A program made the translations under genes and the position numbers. Source: Squalus acanthias (lineage: Eukaryota). Taken from it: a stretch of DNA of 64,000 nucleotides. The number at the start of each line of letters is the position of its first letter. Position 1 is the stretch's first letter. Positions 13,529 to 25,700 of this stretch are shown in pieces. Below the pieces are notes generated by a model that was not told where the DNA came from, made no database searches, and saw only the letters and a list, made by a program, of their open reading frames with translations. The DNA is taken from contig CM059432.1 in assembly GCA_030390025.1 (NCBI GenBank), positions 95,854,001 to 95,918,000 on the forward strand, given 5' to 3'.

Positions 13529-13753
13529 AAGAGTGGTGGGGGTCTGGAACTCACTGCCTGAAAGGGTGGGAGAGGCAGAAACCCGCATCGCATTTAAAAA
13601 GTACTTGGACGTTGACTTGAAGTGCTGTAACCTACAGGGCTACGGACCAAGAGCTGGAAAGTAGGATTAGGCTGGATAGCTCTTTTCCGGCCGGCACAGA
13701 CATGATGGGCCAAATGGCTTCCTTCTGTGCCGTAAACTTCTATGATTCTATGA
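13529..13753 (+). mobile_element. Young CR1 3'-terminal fragment nested in the old CR1
   Basis: Closely similar to 1230-1455; ends ttctatgattctatga. Confidence 0.8.
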
Positions 13754-13806
13754 AAACTGGGTAACTGTAGATAGTTAATTTAATGTCATTTGCAGGCAAA
13801 CTCTTA

Positions 13807-15005
13807 GGGGGTAATTTTAACCCCCAAGAACGGGTGGGTTTGAGTTTGGGAATTTTAAACCCGATCCCAACCCAACCCCAACCCGCCCACTTCTGGTTTT
13901 AACAGGCGACCAATCCACTCTCAGGAAGTGGGTCAGTCGGTAAAAGCTTTTAAGGAGACTGCATGCCTCCACTTTTACATGCTTTTCATATTTAACCCAT
14001 TTCGGCTGGGGTTTCCAGGCCTCGGGAAACCCGGCGGGTAAAAGGAGGTGAGAAGGGCCATATCCATGAGGTAAGTGCATTTACAGCACTGCTTGTGGGC
14101 CAAGATGGGGGGATCTTAGCTACAAGGACAGTTTGGAGAAGCTGGATTTGTTTTCATCAGAGCAAAGGAAGTTGAGGGGTGATTTGATAGAGGTGTACAA
14201 GATTATGATGGGTGTGGATAGGCTAGACAGGGAAAAGCTGTTCCCACAGTTGATGGTACAAGGACTAGGGGACACAGATTTAAGGTTCTGGGCAAGAGAT
14301 ACAGGGGGGACGTGAGGAAAAACTTTTTTACACAGTGAGTGGTGAGGACCTGGAACTCGCTGCTGACCGAAGTGGTGGAAGCGGAAACCATCAAGGGGAG
14401 ACTGGATAGGCACTTGAGGGAAATAAATTTGCAGAGCTATGAGGATAGAGCGGGGAAATGGGACTGACTGGATCGCTCCACAGAGAGCCGGCACGGACTC
14501 GATGGGCTGAATGGCCTCCTTCTGTGCCGTTATGACTCTATGACTATGAGTGTTTCCTCCAGGCCGAATAAGTTTACCTACTTCCTTCCTCCCGATCTCC
14601 ACCCCCCCGCGATCTCCCACCTCCCCCATGATCTACCCACCCCCAACCACAATCTCTTCCTCACCATGAGCTGCCCCCCGACCACAATCTATCCCACCTG
14701 CCCACGAGCCCCCCCGTCCCCACAACGATCTCTCCCTCCCGACCACAATCTGCCACCCGATCACGATCACCCCCTCCCTGTAATCTCTCCCTCCCTACGT
14801 GCTCTCTCCTCCTCAGCTGCGGCCTTGTACAGACAGCTTGTCAATCACGCTGGCTGTCGGATGGGAAACCTGAGGAAAGAATGTAAAATCCAGAAAATCC
14901 ATACTTCTGGGTTTCCTGTCCAAACTCGTCCCTCATCTCCCACACCCAACCTCCCACCCCCACGGCCCCCCCTCCCCCCGTTCCCTCCCCGCAAATATTG
15001 AGGCC
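13807..15005. mobile_element. Harbinger-type MITE with TTA TSD, containing a CR1 3' fragment (~14116-14548)
   Basis: tta|gggggtaatttt ... aatattgaggcc|tta; the CR1 reading frame resumes after it. Confidence 0.75.
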
Positions 15006-16327
15006 TTAGAATCCATAATTAAAGATAAAATTAGTGACCATTTTGAAATATATGTGCTAATTAAGGGCAGCCAGCATGGATTTTTTTTAGCGGCAAGTTG
15101 TGTTTTACAAATTTTATAGAGCTTTTGGAAGAGATGACTGATTGGATAGATAAAAGGGATGCAGTATATGTAATGTATATTGATTTTCAGAACATGTTTG
15201 ATAAGGCATCTCACAAGAGGTTTATTAGAAAAATTCAGGTGTATAGTATAAGAGGAAATGCAGTCCTATGGATAGAAAATTGGTTAACAGACAGGAAACA
15301 GAGAGTTAGGATGAATGGGTTTTGCTCAATTAGAGAAAAGTTGGTGAGTGCTTTTGTTCTCAGTATACTTACATGATTTGGATTTGTAGATGGGGGCACA
15401 GTCTCAAACTTTGCTGATGACACAAAAATAGGGGGCTTGTAAACAGTGAGGACTTCAGGAAGACATAGTCAGGTTAGTGGAATGGGCAGGCAGGTGGGAA
15501 ATGCAATTTATGTGGATAAATGTGAGGTAATACATGATGGAAGAAAAACAAGGAATGGGAGTAAACACTCAATGAAAAGATGCTGATGGGTGTGAATGAA
15601 TAGAGAAACCTTAGGATTCAATTACATAAATCCCCAAAAGCATGAGTGTAGGTAGATAAAGCCATATAAAAGGTCAACAGCATTTTCATTTTGTGAATAT
15701 GTGCATAGATTACAAGAGTAGAGATGTAATGATAAATTTGTACAAAAATTGGTTAGGCCACAGTTAGAGTACTGTGCACGCTTATAGGGACCCCATTACA
15801 GAAAGAACATTAAAGCCATAAAGAGTGTGCAGCATAGAATCACCAGATTGATGGCAGAGATGGGAATCAGTATAGTATTGAGGAGGGACTTGAGATATTG
15901 GGACTATTTCCATTGGAGCAGAGAAGGCTCAGAGGAGACTTTTACTTAGTGATTTTTAAAATGATGAACATTTTTGATTGAGTGAATAGGAAAGGACTAT
16001 TTCCTTTGGTTGAGGAGTCAGTCATGCTGGCTCATCAATTTCAAATTGCCATTAAAAGAGTGAGGAGAGAGGTTAAGACATTTCTTTACACAATAGGTTG
16101 TTGAGACATGGAATGCTTTGCCACAAGGAGTGATTGAGGCAGAGACCGTTGCATCTGTTAAGGGGAAAAAAATGGATAAATATTCAAAGAAAAGGAGAAT
16201 GCAAGGCTATGGGGAGAAAGCAGGGCAATGGGATTAGTTTTGAAATGCTCTAGCAAAGAGTTTGCACAGACATGATGGGTTGAATGACCTCTTCCTGTAC
16301 TGTAAAGTTCTATAGTTCAAAGAAACT

Positions 16328-16762
16328 CATAGAAACATAGAAACATAGAATCTAGGAGCAGGAGTAGGCCATTCGGCCCGTCAAGCCTGCACCACCATTC
16401 AATACGATCATGGCTGATCATTCAAATCCAGTACCCTGTCCCTGCTTTAATCCCCACAGTACACATATCCCACCCGACCCCCGTAACCCCACGTATTTAA
16501 TTCCCCCTAACATATCCCATCCTATCCCCATAACCCCACATATTTAATCCCCCCCTAACACTAAGGGTCAATTTATCATAGCCAAATCAACCTAACCCAC
16601 ACATTTTTGGACAGTGGGAGGAAACCGGAGCACCCGGAGGAAACCCACGCAGACACGGGGAGAATGTGCAAACTCCACACAGACAGTCACCCGAGGTCAG
16701 ATTTGAACCCGGGTCTCTGGCGCTGTGAGGCACCAGTGCTAACCACTATGCCACCGTGTTGC
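16328..16762 (-). mobile_element. HE1-like V-SINE
   Basis: V-domain gaggaaaccggagcacccggaggaaacccacgcagacacggggagaatgtgcaaactccacacagac; tRNA-like head at ~16700-16762; CR1-like tail (catagaaa)n. Confidence 0.88.
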
Positions 16763-17957
16763 TCATCAATTTGAAACACCTGAAATTATAAAATCAAATT
16801 GAATTTCCAAGAAACAGTTTAGAATAATTAGGCTCCCATGATTATAAGAAATTTTAGGAAAATAAATACTGTGTATTATTTAAAAGTTATTTACAAAGGC
16901 TTAGCTTAGTTCTTTTTATTATTTTGTTCACTTGAGGAGTTAACTGGAAGTATGCCTACCACAAATATATAACTAAGACTGCTACTTATCTGCTTGTTTA
17001 TTTTTTCTGTAAAATTAATTTACTTGATACTTTTAATTTAAAACAAGGTCTGATGTGATGCTCTACTACTTTCAAAGACTGGTGTGAGATCCTATGGAGA
17101 CATAGGATAAGTCATATAGCTAAAAGCGATTACCAGACTGGTTTACCTGTTCATATCCTGGGCACATTGACAAAAGCTTACCTAGATCTCAAGGCAAGGA
17201 TAGACAGAGTTGAAGGTATGGGGAGTTGGGATTTGCTCATGAGAGTGATTTAAAATATGAGATTGAAATGGTCAACAATAAGAATGTTACAAAAAACACA
17301 AAAAGATAACAACCACCTTATATCTTTCAGAAACATCTCAAAGCACTTCAAATAGTATGAAATGCAGTGACTTTTGTTATATACACAAAGTTGGCAGCCA
17401 ATTAATACACAGCAAGGTCCCAAAACACAATTGAAACGAATGTCCAGTGAACAACTTGCATTAATATATCACCTTTAATGTAAAGAATTTCCTGAGGCTC
17501 GAGTCATATCTCAAATTGCTAGAATGAAAACGGACAGCTAGCTAGGAAGAGATTAGGAAGAGTGACCAATAGCTAGGTTGAAGAGATGAATATTATGGAG
17601 GTTTTTAGAGGTGCAGAGGCAGAGAGTTTTAGGAAGGGAGTTCCAAAGAGTAGGACTGAGGCAACTCAAGGGGCTCCAACCAGTGGTGGGGCAACGTGAG
17701 GTCTGATACACAGAGCGGTACAATGGTATTTTAGCTCTGTCTGGTTTCTTTTCTTTCCAAAACTGAGAAATGCACAAATTCTTGCATTACTGAGGTTTTT
17801 CTTCAAATAAGCTACAATTGAACATTTTAGAATCATGGAATCATAGAAATGTACAGCACAGAAAGAGGCCACTAATTTTAGCATGCTTTTTAGTAATAGC
17901 AAAACTCTACATTATAACACTCAAACTCATAGGTTACATTTTGTGAGATCCTTCTCA

Positions 17958-18061
17958 TATAAAAGTTGTATCATACTGACACCTATTAAAATATGAAATA
18001 AAAGTAAAACATACCTTGTATATGTATGGTGACTTACATGTGGATATCAAAGCTGCAGCAG
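17958..18061 (+). promoter_or_regulatory. Candidate TATA box and first exon of the host gene
   Basis: TATAAAA at 17958; ATG at 18022 (MYGDLHVDIKAAA) ending CAG|GTGAAT in phase 1, matching the phase of the 19627 exon. Confidence 0.35.
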
Positions 18062-18406
18062 GTGAATTTACTTTCCGATGCAAGCCCATTCTTGAAACTA
18101 TCATGCAGTATGTGTGTGGTGTTTTTTTTTGTATTGCTAATGGCCAAATCGACCTATAGTTTCAAACAATTTACTCTCAATATTCTGAGAAATTGGAACA
18201 AGGTTGCATTATGGAATGTTTTATGATTTTAATAGTTTTCTCCACCCATGTTTATTAAAATAATTTAAATATTCTCCATTATAGAGGGATTCTTCCATAG
18301 TGAAGTTTTAATGACATAGTACTATCATTAGCTTATGATTAGGGCAAGTGATTTGTTTCGTTGTCACTCAGATCTGCTCACAAAGCAGCATTTTCACTGT
18401 CTCCAA

Positions 18407-19105
18407 GGGGGAAATATTGAGCCGCGCTCCCTTTGGGGCGCTAACTTCGCTGGGGTGCTACTTTTAGCGGCCCAAAAAAATTAGTGCCCCCGTGGCCGAA
18501 ATTCATCGATAGGGCCCCAAGAGGGAAGCTACTGGAAGTGCCCCACCTCCCTCTTGGGGCGCTGCGAGGGAATATCGTGCTGCTACGTCGCGCCACGGTA
18601 CTGCCGGCCTTCCTCCCCCCCCAGCTGGGTCACCAGGGATCAGAGTGCTGGCAAAAGAGCCCGGCACTCAAGAGAAGTGCCGGGCTCACGGAGCGCAGCG
18701 GGGGGGGGGGGGGGGGGGGCAGGTCAGGAGGCTGGGGACGGCAACGGGGCAGGTGCTGGCAGGCGGCCAGCAACAAAAATGGCCATCCGGCACCTCACCT
18801 TTAATTAGCGCCGCCTCAGCTGCAGGTAGGTCCCCCTAACCCCGTCGGACATAGCGTCCGGCGGTAAGTCAGGGGGCGATACCGAAGATCGTGGCCAGGG
18901 CGTGAGCGGGGCGCTGCGCATGCGATGATGTCATCGCTGGCAGCGCAGCGCCGCGGAGCGCTAACGGTTACCGCCGCCGCTAACCTCCCGCTGAATTTCG
19001 CAGGAGGCGTTGGCGGCGCCGTGCCCGGGCACTAATTGCTTTGCGCCCCATTAGCGCCCTCTTAGGACGCTAACGGGAGGCGCAAAGCAACCAAATTTTT
19101 CCCCC
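18407..19105. mobile_element. Harbinger-type MITE, TSD CAA
   Basis: caa|gggggaaatattg ... aatttttccccc|caa; right end matches the left end of the autonomous Harbinger. Confidence 0.85.
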
Positions 19106-19626
19106 CAAGACTTTTAATGCAAAATTGTTCTACTCAGGAGGCAAATCACGCTACACACGGTAAGTGTGGAATTTGTTGTAGGATTGCAACAAATTATTTG
19201 GCATACTAATGATCCGTAAACCTAGTCCAGAGACACTGGTGGTGTTACATTGCCCAAGAGAGCATAGCCATTATATGAATGGAACTGTGTAACAGGTATT
19301 TTCAATAAAACAGAAATCTTAAGAGTGGAGGGTGGGAAGTCTACACATGTAGGAGTGTATTTATCATAAAACAGCATTCAGCAGATTGAGAGGAAATTTG
19401 TGCACATTTACCTCTCGTGGAAGATTTTGTGTTACATGTGAAAGTGCTTCAAATCTCCTCAATGAGGAGCATCTACCTATGTCCAAAGAATTACATTACA
19501 AATACTGATAATGTTACATTTTTATTTTTAAAAGGAAAATTCTTTATGACCATTAGCATTTGATAACAGCAAATCATTATAATCTTAATTCTTTATAATC
19601 TTTTACTTCGTTTTGTTTCTTACCAG

Positions 19627-19731
19627 GTTATTGCAGCTCCATGCTCCTTGTGTTCCTGATCGTGTTTTGTTCCGATGGTGTCATTACTCGTAGCATCCGG
19701 AAGCACCGGCGTGGTAATAGAGAAGTAAATA
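19627..19731 (+). CDS. Host gene exon encoding signal peptide and basic RKHRR site
   Basis: ttttgtttcttaccag| ... |gtgagt; hydrophobic MLLVFLIVFC. Confidence 0.8.
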
Positions 19732-22700
19732 GTGAGTATTGAAGCAGTTATGCACTTACTTGAACTAGTCAGAAGCTTTTAGTATGGTTATATCCAACTA
19801 ACATGACCATTTTAAATGATCTTTTCAATGCATTCACTATTTAACAAGTAAAAATTACTAAGTTAGTTAAAATAATAAACCAAGTATGTGAATCAGCAAT
19901 AAAACTAGTTAATTGAAGTAAAGCACTTTGAAGAAACTAGATGACCTTGGAGTAAATTGCAACGGTTCTACTTTAATTAGCTAGACAACTGCACGTTGAT
20001 GTGGTGAGAATGCTTGCGGCTCCTCTGACCCTGAGAGCTATGCTGGTGGGAGTATAACTCCTGGTGGGGTCACCTAAGCCAACAGGTCGAACAGTAGGAG
20101 CCAGACTAAAGGCAATCCACCGGTCTTCCTGGTAAGGGGTCGTGAGTCAGGCTAACAACCTGTCCACATAAAAGTGCCTTTTGTTACGCAATCAACCAGA
20201 AACAAGACCATCTGTTACAGACCTGCACATATAAACATCAACTGTGGATACCACAATCTGCTAGATGTAAGGCAAGATGATACGCTGACAGAGTCAAGTA
20301 CCTTTCTCTGGACAGACAACAGTAGAAGACTATTTCTTCTGTTTGGGGAGTCAGTGAAAAGGAGTTCATTTAAAATTGTCACTAAGAAAATGATGAGAGT
20401 TTAAGAAAAAAATGTTGAGGCAGTGACCAATGCATCTTTTAAGAGCTAAATGGATAAATATTTGAGGAAGAGAAAGATAAAGGTCTATGGGGAGAGTGCA
20501 GGGCCATAGGATTAGTTTTGGATTGATGTAGCAACGTGTCAGCAAAGGCAAGATGGGCTGAATGGCCTCCTTTTGTGCTGTAAACTTCTATGGTTCTATG
20601 ATGCTCAGTGGAACAGTGAGTCTTAAAGCTATATCCATCCTAGTGGTTTAATGCCTTTTTACAGGATATAGTGCAAAAGGTAGCAGAATTGCCTTGTTTG
20701 ATGGGCTGGCAATATCCCATAGGCAAAACTTGGAATTAAATATCTTCAAAGTACTTTTACAGAACTACTTTGTAAAGTGAGAGTGTTGTTTTGGTTACAA
20801 TTTACTATTATCTGCTGGTGATCCTATATTTACAGAATTTGCTCTACCTCTAGTTATACCATTCTCCTGATTAGCTACTTCAGTTATCGTATTGGGGAAA
20901 CTTTTTGAGGTTCCAGTCACAACACAGAGTATTATTTGCAAAGGACAACATATTCATGGAAATGAGGCACCACCTCGATAGGGCACAGACCCTTTCCCAA
21001 ATGGTAATGTTCCCAAGAATCCAGGCCATTGTAGATGCTAATCATGCACTTTATAGACCATTAAGCCTGGCTACATCCTCCTGATAGACATGGTGCTTGT
21101 TGTCCTCTGGGGAGGGTACCCTAGAATGCAAATTGGGTAACTCTCTTGCACCTCCTTATTCAGCAACATGTCCACTTTGCCAGCCATCAAATAGGGGACC
21201 AGGTGAAGGGCCTTTCCATCATTTGTCCACAAACTCTATTTAGTTCTTCCACATTGGGTATCTTTTCATATCATTTTTGCCTAGCATATCTTTTCCCCTG
21301 CCTTGGTAAAGGCTGAAAAATATCTAAAATCCATATTGAACCTTCATAATGGCTGAAATAATATTCTCCCCCATACATGGCCACTTACCTTTAAGTGGGC
21401 AAATCTCGTTCAATTTGAGCTGCTGGCTAGATTTCAGCTCCTGTCACAAGGCCAAAGCTGTGCTGGGAGCCCATGCTCATTATTCAAATAAGCTGACTCA
21501 AGTAAATTACGGCAGTGTGGTTTTGGACAACTTTGTGCTAACAGCTACTCAGTCTTATAGTCCACTTAACCAAAATCGCAAAATTGGCCTGCTTCAATTG
21601 GGTACATTGTCACCTCTAAGTCAGAAAGTATGAGTTTAAGGCTGACATTCCAGTACAGTGAATCTGACAGTGGTGCCATCTTTCAGATCTGTCATTAAAT
21701 CGAGCCCCCCCCGCCATCCCCCCCCACCTTTGTCTATTCAGGTGGCTTTTAAAGATTCCATGGGATTATTACAAAGAAGAAGAGCAAGAAGTTCTCAGGA
21801 TATATTGGCCAACATTCCTCCCTCAACTAACATCACCAAAAGAACATATTAACCAATCATTCATCTTGCTGCTGTCTGTATGATCTTACTGTGTGAAAAA
21901 TAACAACAATGTCTGCACGTTATAGTAACTCATGTGAAGCATTTCTCAGAACCACGATAAGGTGCCACATAAATGCAAGTTTTTCTTTTTTTTAAGCAAG
22001 TTAGTGAGGAAGCAAAAAGCAGATCCTTGCAGTGCTGCACTCTGTGGTTGCTGATAGCTTCTTCTAATTGGTTCACTTTTCAACTATAACTAATTCCTAT
22101 TTAGATCTAGCACTGCCAAAGCCCCTGAACACACATACTCTTATCACTAGGGGTTTACTGGAAGAACTGAAAAAAATCCTGCTTTTATAATGGAATATCT
22201 ATTTTGTTGATAATATCATGGGTCCGCTAATGGAAGTACAGCACAGTGGGACTACCGTTCATCTGCTGTCTAAACCCGTAGTCCCCAAAGAGCAGAGATG
22301 GGGTAATTTCCAGAATCGAGGCAGGCAGTGCACACCTGTACAGGTGGAACAGAGGTGCCTGTCCCGACAGACCTAGGGAAATGATAACAGAACCAGAGGA
22401 CATTAAAGGGCTGAAGGCAAATTGCCAACATTTTTATTTCATTCTTGAATGTAAAAAATGGTGAATCATTTAAGGTAATCGACTCTTTCTGAGATCAACT
22501 ACCGTTGCCGGTGGTCCTTTTGCGGCCTTTTCGAAGGCCTAGTACAGGACCTACATCGGCTCTCAGCTGGTGTAGGTCCCACTAAGCTTACACTAAGAAT
22601 AAGGGGCTGACCCCCCAGACATGCCCCAAAGTTGTCAGCGGACTTAGGAAGGGTGGATGGCAGACTCGCTGAACAGAATTTGGGCCAGAAGACGCATGGG

Positions 22701-25700
22701 GTGGAAAGCCAGCTGATCCACGTTCTGCTCCAAATGGCAGTCCCTCACCCCCTCTCCACGGGTGATCACTACCTTTTCTGCTCTTCCTCTCTACCAGAAT
22801 TTTGGTCATCATAAAGTTCGTATCACTCCCAATGAACACTATTTAATTTGATGACCAGGTCAAGTCCCTGTACTAAATTAATTTTGTTCATTTGGCTGAT
22901 CAGCATTTCTGGAAATTTGTCTCAAAAATCATATTGTGTTAAAAGTAATCCTTGAATTTTACAGGATTGCAACCAGTCATTATATTGTTAAATCGCTGTG
23001 CTTTTAAAAAAAAAGAATATTACATTTCTGATTCTTTTCATCTCAGCCAATTAAGATTTAATTTAAGCCACACAGTGTAATCTGATAAAACATAATTCCA
23101 GTGAATAAAGCTTTCCAGAGCTGGCAATTCTGTTGTTTTATTGCTGCATGATTAACTGTTTCTGCCACTTTAGAAAGACAATGAATATGTTCTAATAATT
23201 ATATTTGTAATTGTATAGGTCGCCACCTCCCCACTTATTTCCAATCAGTACCTCAATGCAGTACAATGTACAATCAGTATGTGATAAAAGCAGAAAAAGT
23301 TGTGAGGCCTTTGAAGTATCTTCCTTGGATAATGATGGGACCTTTGAAACACTCAGGAGTAAGGTAAACTAAATATTTATCATTTTCATTCACTAATTTC
23401 CTCACCGGTTCTGCTGGTCTTCCACTGTGACTCGATTTGGAAAGAGGCGGTGAGAATATGTTGGGTCTTACCCACATTTGGGAGATCCTGCCTGCTCTTG
23501 TTAGTGGCAGAGCCTTTGCCCACCCCTTACCAGGCCTCCCATGTAAGATAGGGTGGGGACTCCCTACACTGGTTGTTCCTGATTCCTTGGCCCATAAGGG
23601 ACCCAGTATAAGACTGGAGGCCAGTACACTGAGTCAGATAATGCATACCAACTTCCAGAAGGGTGCAAGTGGGTCCCCTCAGGGTGGGAGAGGTGGGTCA
23701 GGCCAGGGAAGTGGCCTGGAATCCCAAAGATGGTTAAAGTTTTTTTTGTAAGTTTTGAATATTTTCCTGATAACACACTGGGCCAAAGGGGCCAGAGAAT
23801 GGATCTCCGGTAGACAGGGGCTGAGCATCCCACCCCCCTATAAACTGGAGTGCAAGTTTCTGACAGCATGTGGCAGGCAGGTGGTCAAGATACACCCATA
23901 ATGCTGTGTGCACCCACTGGCTCAGCAAACTCCAGTGGGGTCAGTGCTGTAGGGGCACTGACAAATGTGATGTCAATGTCAAATTGCTGTCCACAGATCT
24001 TTCGCCCCATCAACGCTGCATAAATTGTCACGTGATTTAGGCAAACAATACTATAAATTTCTAAAGAAAGCAGCTATTTCCCTTGCATTCTGGATGTGGT
24101 ATATATTTCAGTCTTCAACAATGCAACTGTTGTTAAATATTTTATAGGGCTTTTAAAGTAAATGAAAATAACCTACAAGATCTTACTTTGAATAATTATA
24201 CCATTCATTTATTTGAATAACTATGGAATAAATGTATTTATATTTGTTGAATTCCCATAGAATAACATTAAGATCAGTGCAACTTTGATCTCTCCCTATA
24301 GCTGTCTTGTTGCCATGTTTTAAAACCTTTGTGCTTTGCAGTAGAGAATGTGAACTAAAAATTACTGTTGATGATACCAGGTCCATAAGCCAATACTCTG
24401 CTACTTTAATGGAGGTGTTAACCTATTGGTTAACAATCCCATTAAAATAGTGAACAGAGCAATGTCAGAGGGATGTGTTCAGCATTCATTGGAAACAGCC
24501 ATTTTTAGCCTTATTTTTTATATAAGTGGTTTGAGCTAATTAATGTTTTTCAGCTCTAGTAGCTCTAATATTCTGCAATATCCTGATTTTTAAAAAGTAG
24601 TTACATTTAGGGTTCAACATGTCACAGTTCAGAGATTTTTAATATAGTGGCCAACCCTTGCACAGGGAAAAAAGCTTTATAATGTGGTAAATTTTCCAGC
24701 CTGTTATTGTAGGCTCAATGCACTGTGACCTTTGCACTTTCACATATTCGCAACAGCTATCCTTGTTGGATCTTCTGGATTTGGCCTAATTATATATTCA
24801 ATGCAAACCCCTGGCCTAGGATTGGGCCTCCCACTGGTAGTTCACTCACTGGTAGGGCGAGCGTAACATCTGGTGCAGCTGCAACTCTTAAAGGACTGCA
24901 GTTGCAAATTAAAGGTGAGTTGATTTCTTTCTGCAGGAAGAAGCTATAGGGCAGTAGCTGAAGAATGGTTCAACAGCTACAAAAAACCCTCCATCCACTG
25001 GTGCAGCTGGGAAGCTGCTTCTTCAGGAAGTGGGTGAAAGGAGGGTTGCCCTACTTGTCACTGAAAGGCACCCTCCTCATGAGAAAGTGAAGCAGACCAC
25101 ATGGAAAGAGATGGCAGGAAAGGTGAATGCTGTGACAAACACCCAGAGAACCTAGGTGCAGATAAGAAAGTTTGCCAATATCAGAAAATCCGCTAAAGCA
25201 AGCATCCTTATAGTAGATGGGCAAAGTATGCATGCTACAAAGTATTTCTTCTCATCCTGTTGTGCCTAGACAGCGACCATGTGAAAAACATTCTAAACAA
25301 CCTTACGCTTGTTTCACAGATTAGCATGCATACCCCTACAGTGGGGGGAATTATGTCCGCTCCAGTTTTAAGTGCCATCTAGAAAGTAACAGGAGCAAAC
25401 TTTCTAGATGGCACTTAAAACTGGAGAGGATATAATTTCCTGCTGGCTAGGAGCAGCACACCGAAGGGCAGCCAGCCCTAGCACAGGCCAACTACCTCTC
25501 CGTCCTGTTTCTGTGTGTTGGGCCTCCAAGATCAAGTCTTTCTGGCTGTTGATGGAGATCAGTAGCCAGAAAGCCACAATTACATCCAAAAATTCTGTAG
25601 GGGTGGGGCTAATAGTAAAAAAGTGATTCCCAAATTTCTTTGGCCTGCCTCTGGGACCTGCACAAACCAGAGGGACAATAAGGGTTCCCAGGACAGCGTT

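Larger units (their letters stand above)
13335..16320 (+). mobile_element. Old degraded CR1 ORF2 with nested insertions
   Basis: Fragments DWRMANVTPL, QHGF, YIDFQNMFDK, FADDTK, VRPQLEYC; 3' tail ttctatag. Confidence 0.8.

Noticed and set aside
10400..24354. Possible minus-strand exon chain (24354-24187, 18152-18014, ~10424-10404) with compatible phases
   Set aside because: Weak acceptors, AT-rich low-information peptide, no recognisable family and no upstream exons found; needs RNA-seq.
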